Shown here piece by piece: positions 60,501 to 64,000 of a stretch of 64,000 nucleotides of DNA (its first letter is position 1; every line of letters begins with the position of its first letter). Below the pieces are notes generated by a model that was not told where the DNA came from, did no database searches, and worked only from the letters and a program-made list of their open reading frames with translations. The DNA is from Mytilus edulis (taxonomy: Eukaryota): positions 124,001 through 188,000 of the forward strand of contig NC_092355.1 in assembly GCF_963676685.1 (NCBI RefSeq). Direction: 5' to 3'. The position numbers and the translations under genes are program-made.

Positions 60501-61295
60501 GAAATCAACTGTAGAATGCAACTTAATGTAGACTTCATATAATATATATAATGATGTCTCAATGCCAATCATAACACATCTATCTTAAACTAAGTGATTG
60601 ACTATTTGTTGTTCTTTACAAGGTTTCTGATTTGGGTCAGGAACATTCTTTTTATAATCTTAAGACCTAACCCCTTTTTAAATGTCAGCAACAATAGAGA
60701 ACAAACAATAAAACAAGTGCAACAAAGCATCTTTATATCAAACATTTCCAATGACACCAACAATAATCAAAATACAATTATAAAAAAAAAAAACAAGCAG
60801 AAAAGTACATCTTAAGACATGTAATAAACCATAGAATAAACATCTGTTACTTTGAAAAATTTATAACAAGTCTTTTTTTTTATTACAATTTCCATTTATT
60901 TATGATTGATTGATCCTGGGTTTATGCTCATTGTTCAAGGTCATATAATAATCTTTAATTGCTTATTTCTGTCAGTTGGTCTCTGGTCCAGTTTTCTCAT
61001 CAAGTTATTAGCAATCATACCACATCAAAAGATATAAATCCAATAAATTTTAAGCCATCTTGCCAGGAAATACCCAAACTCACAGCCTATTGGCTGTCAA
61101 AATTAAATTATATTTCAACAATATACTATTGTAATGGGCATTGTGCTTATTTGCAAAAAAATCCAAATTAATTTTTCTCCATAAAGTTAATTGTGTACAC
61201 ACTATAAAAAAAAAGACAAAAAATTTAAATTCTACAATACAGCCTCAAGAATACATGATTTTATAATTAATAGGTAGCTGTAAATAAACCACACA

Positions 61296-62968
61296 ATGAA
61301 CATTTGTAACTTTGGCAAAGTCATTAATACAAGGGCAACCAAAGACCTTTCCTCAATAAATGCCTGGAAGGAGAAAAAAGAAAACAAAAATAAACCCATC
61401 TACTCAAGCCATATCAGTCTCCAAGACAGATTTAAAAACTATGAAATATTCATGGACCAATATCCAAAGATGACTAGTATGAACTTCAAGTATTTTAGTT
61501 TGAGATATAGAAGGCTTCAGGGGTACAAAACAGAGAAAAAGTATTGGAACAACAACAACAAAGAAGGACAACAAAATAAATTTCTAGAGTACTTTTCTTT
61601 CAAAAATTGGCAAAAACTACCCGAGCCGGAGAAAATACAACACACTTTGGAGAATTGCAGGCTTTGCAATACTGTTCACATTGAGCACTCATCACTCCAT
61701 AAGTCTGCCGCTCCAGAGGTTACAGAACTGACAGCACTTTGTCAGTCTATTACCAACACAATTGTACAACAGAGTACACCTTCATCTAGCCATGGGACAA
61801 CAACAAAGGGACTGAAGGCTGTACAAAATATAGTTAAAATTGTTCAACCAATGATGGAAAAAAATCTTAACATCAAATTTGAAAACCCAATTAAAGTTTC
61901 TTTATCTCCATTGAAAACACCAGAGCAGAAAAGGAAGGAGTTTGAAAGAAACTTAAAAGAAACTAAACAAAAAATGGACGATGCTTTTACTGACGTTGGA
62001 GAGGACATTCATGTATTTCTTGCATCCGGAAAATCTTACAATCAGTATACCAGGGACAGAATGTCAACCAGTTTTGAGTCCAAAAAAGTGCCAGTAAAAG
62101 GGTCCTGTCTCGGTTAAACAAAGAAAAATCAGGATACAAACCAAAGAAACATCATGGTAAATTTGACAACTACAAGTTTAACAAAGATTTATTTTTACAG
62201 GAAATTCAACAAAATCCAGCAGGTAGTACAATTAATTGGTCCCTGTTAGCTAGGAAGTATGACGTTAAATCTAAGAATGGATCAACCCCAAAAAATGCTG
62301 GCCAAGTTTTGAAAGAGTATGCAAAAACAAAAAATCCCAATCTAACTCAAAATTTACGATTGCGAAGGATCAGGAGGGCCAAAAAAATAATCATCCAAAA
62401 AAAACATAAAAATTTCCCTACCAACCAAGAGACCAGCTAAAAATCTAAAGACAGATATAAAGAGGAAGGTTTCTTCCGGGGAATTATATATTGGAGTACC
62501 AGTTGCCCCTAAATCAATAGTTAAAACAAAAATAACAGATGCCGGTACACTTAATCAGGAGAAGGAACAAATATATGGAAGAAAAATTCCAATGCAACAT
62601 ATCAGAAGATCTGCGTTAGAACATCAAATTCAATCTGGAACGCTACGCTTCTTCACCGATGAGGAATACATCAACATATCCGACCAAGAGCTCAGATCAC
62701 GATTCTTGAGAATCCAGGAGAGTATACCTGAAAACAGAGAAAATGCCATTAGTTTCCTGAAATCTTTGGAACGTACTAGAAGTATAAAAATGGCATGACC
62801 ATAGTGATATACTCAACCATTCATATGTTTGTTTTATGCTATCTTGGCTTTACGACACAGCTAATTATCTAACCAATCAAGAGTACATGGAAAAATATCC
62901 AGAAAGAAAACCTATAAATGTACAAGCAGAGGTTGAAAAACCAAAAATTTATATATTTGGACAATCAG
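61296..62968 (+). pseudogene. Frameshifted ~555-codon coding exon, putative DDE transposase N-terminal half
   Basis: Three frameshifts in A-runs (~62085, ~62400, ~62788) join the ORFs into ..HTLENCRLC..INWSLLARKY..NAGQVLKEY..YGRKIP..RTRSIK-WHDHSDILNHSY..LYD..VEKPKIYIFGQS, ending at a CAG|GTAAT donor (62969). Confidence 0.55.
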
Positions 62969-64000
62969 GTAATAGTCCAATAATTTACCACAATTTTTTT
63001 AGCACATTGTTAATTCTTTATGAAGCACCTCTTAATAAAGGCCTTGTGCTCCCTTGAGTGAAAGTTGAATTCCTAGCTTGGTCAGACCAAAGACTATAAA
63101 ATTGGTATTATCTGCATTAATGGGGCTCACAGGTATAAATGTTTTTCTTTTTTTAAATAAGATTTCGCAATTTTTTTTCTATAAATAAACTTAATCCTAT
63201 ATATTTAAATAAATAAAAAAAAAATATGGTGCAACCGTTCATTTAAGCTCTTAATCTGCTTTCCAAAGAGACATGCATTTTTGTAAGGTACTTTTTTCTG
63301 TTTAACTATTAAAATAAAAAAAGTTATCAAAATACTTTTTTTCCAATTTTGTTGTACCTTTGAGCCTCTGCATGTGGCATTTAGGACTTAAAGACAAGTC
63401 CAGTTTGTCTGTTTTCATAATAATGATGATCCCAAAGTTGCATTTCTTATATTTGTTCTAAAGTAGAATTTTCTCATTTAAATCATTTCATATACTTTGT
63501 CAAGGCCTTTAACAGCTAAACGCAGTATTGGTTATTCTCATTATTGAAGGCTGTCAGTGGCCAATTAAAACTTGCATTATTTACCTTTAACAACCTTAAA
63601 ATAAAAATCTACCAGCTAAAATGCCTAGAATGTGTAGGTAAAGGTAATATCTCTGTGAAATCAGTAAGGTATAAAGGTATACATCCCTCCTTTCTGAGTA
63701 GAGTACAAGTTCTTCAGACAGATATATTGGTTATCTGTTTGGACTAGTCTACAATTAAAGATTAAGAAGGTTAATATACCTTATTTAATAACGACTTCAT
63801 GTTTCAGCTAGCACACAAGCTAAGAAAAGATACTACCTTAACCTACACACTCTAAGCATTCTGCTGTAAAATAAAATATATACCTGTTCTGTCTTTGTCA
63901 TTCATAGAAAATCTTTATTCCTGATATTCTTTTTATCGTGATGCTGAAAAAAGAATAATTGTACAAGATAAAACATTTTTATAATTCATATAGTACATAA

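Overview
AT-rich eukaryotic DNA. The repeat families and gene type suggest a bivalve, probably Mytilus (inference). The backbone is a tandem cluster of four intronless minus-strand TRIM genes (RING-Bbox1-Bbox2-coiled coil-NHL-like beta-propeller). One is frameshifted. There is also an inverted half-RING copy with its own TATA box and an orphan promoter. Flanks are mosaic and include a ~6 kb segmental duplication (1-5724 vs 22057-28169). The most striking feature is the 350-bp 'satellite' at 6184-12896. It is a retrozyme array: each unit carries a type I hammerhead ribozyme on the minus strand (19 complete, 1 truncated) plus a second structured RNA domain. That domain covaries with a sister hammerhead family dispersed in the window. 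All copies of the 350-bp family share one fixed terminus 34 nt past the cleavage site. Also present: a young gag-only Gypsy LTR element (987-bp LTRs) with a nested near-intact BEL/Pao element (559-bp LTRs, TA...CA termini), Helentron-type non-autonomous elements (one carrying captured acidic coding DNA), a Tx1/L1-like LINE fragment, Penelope-like fragments, minisatellites and a frameshifted putative DDE transposase at the right end.
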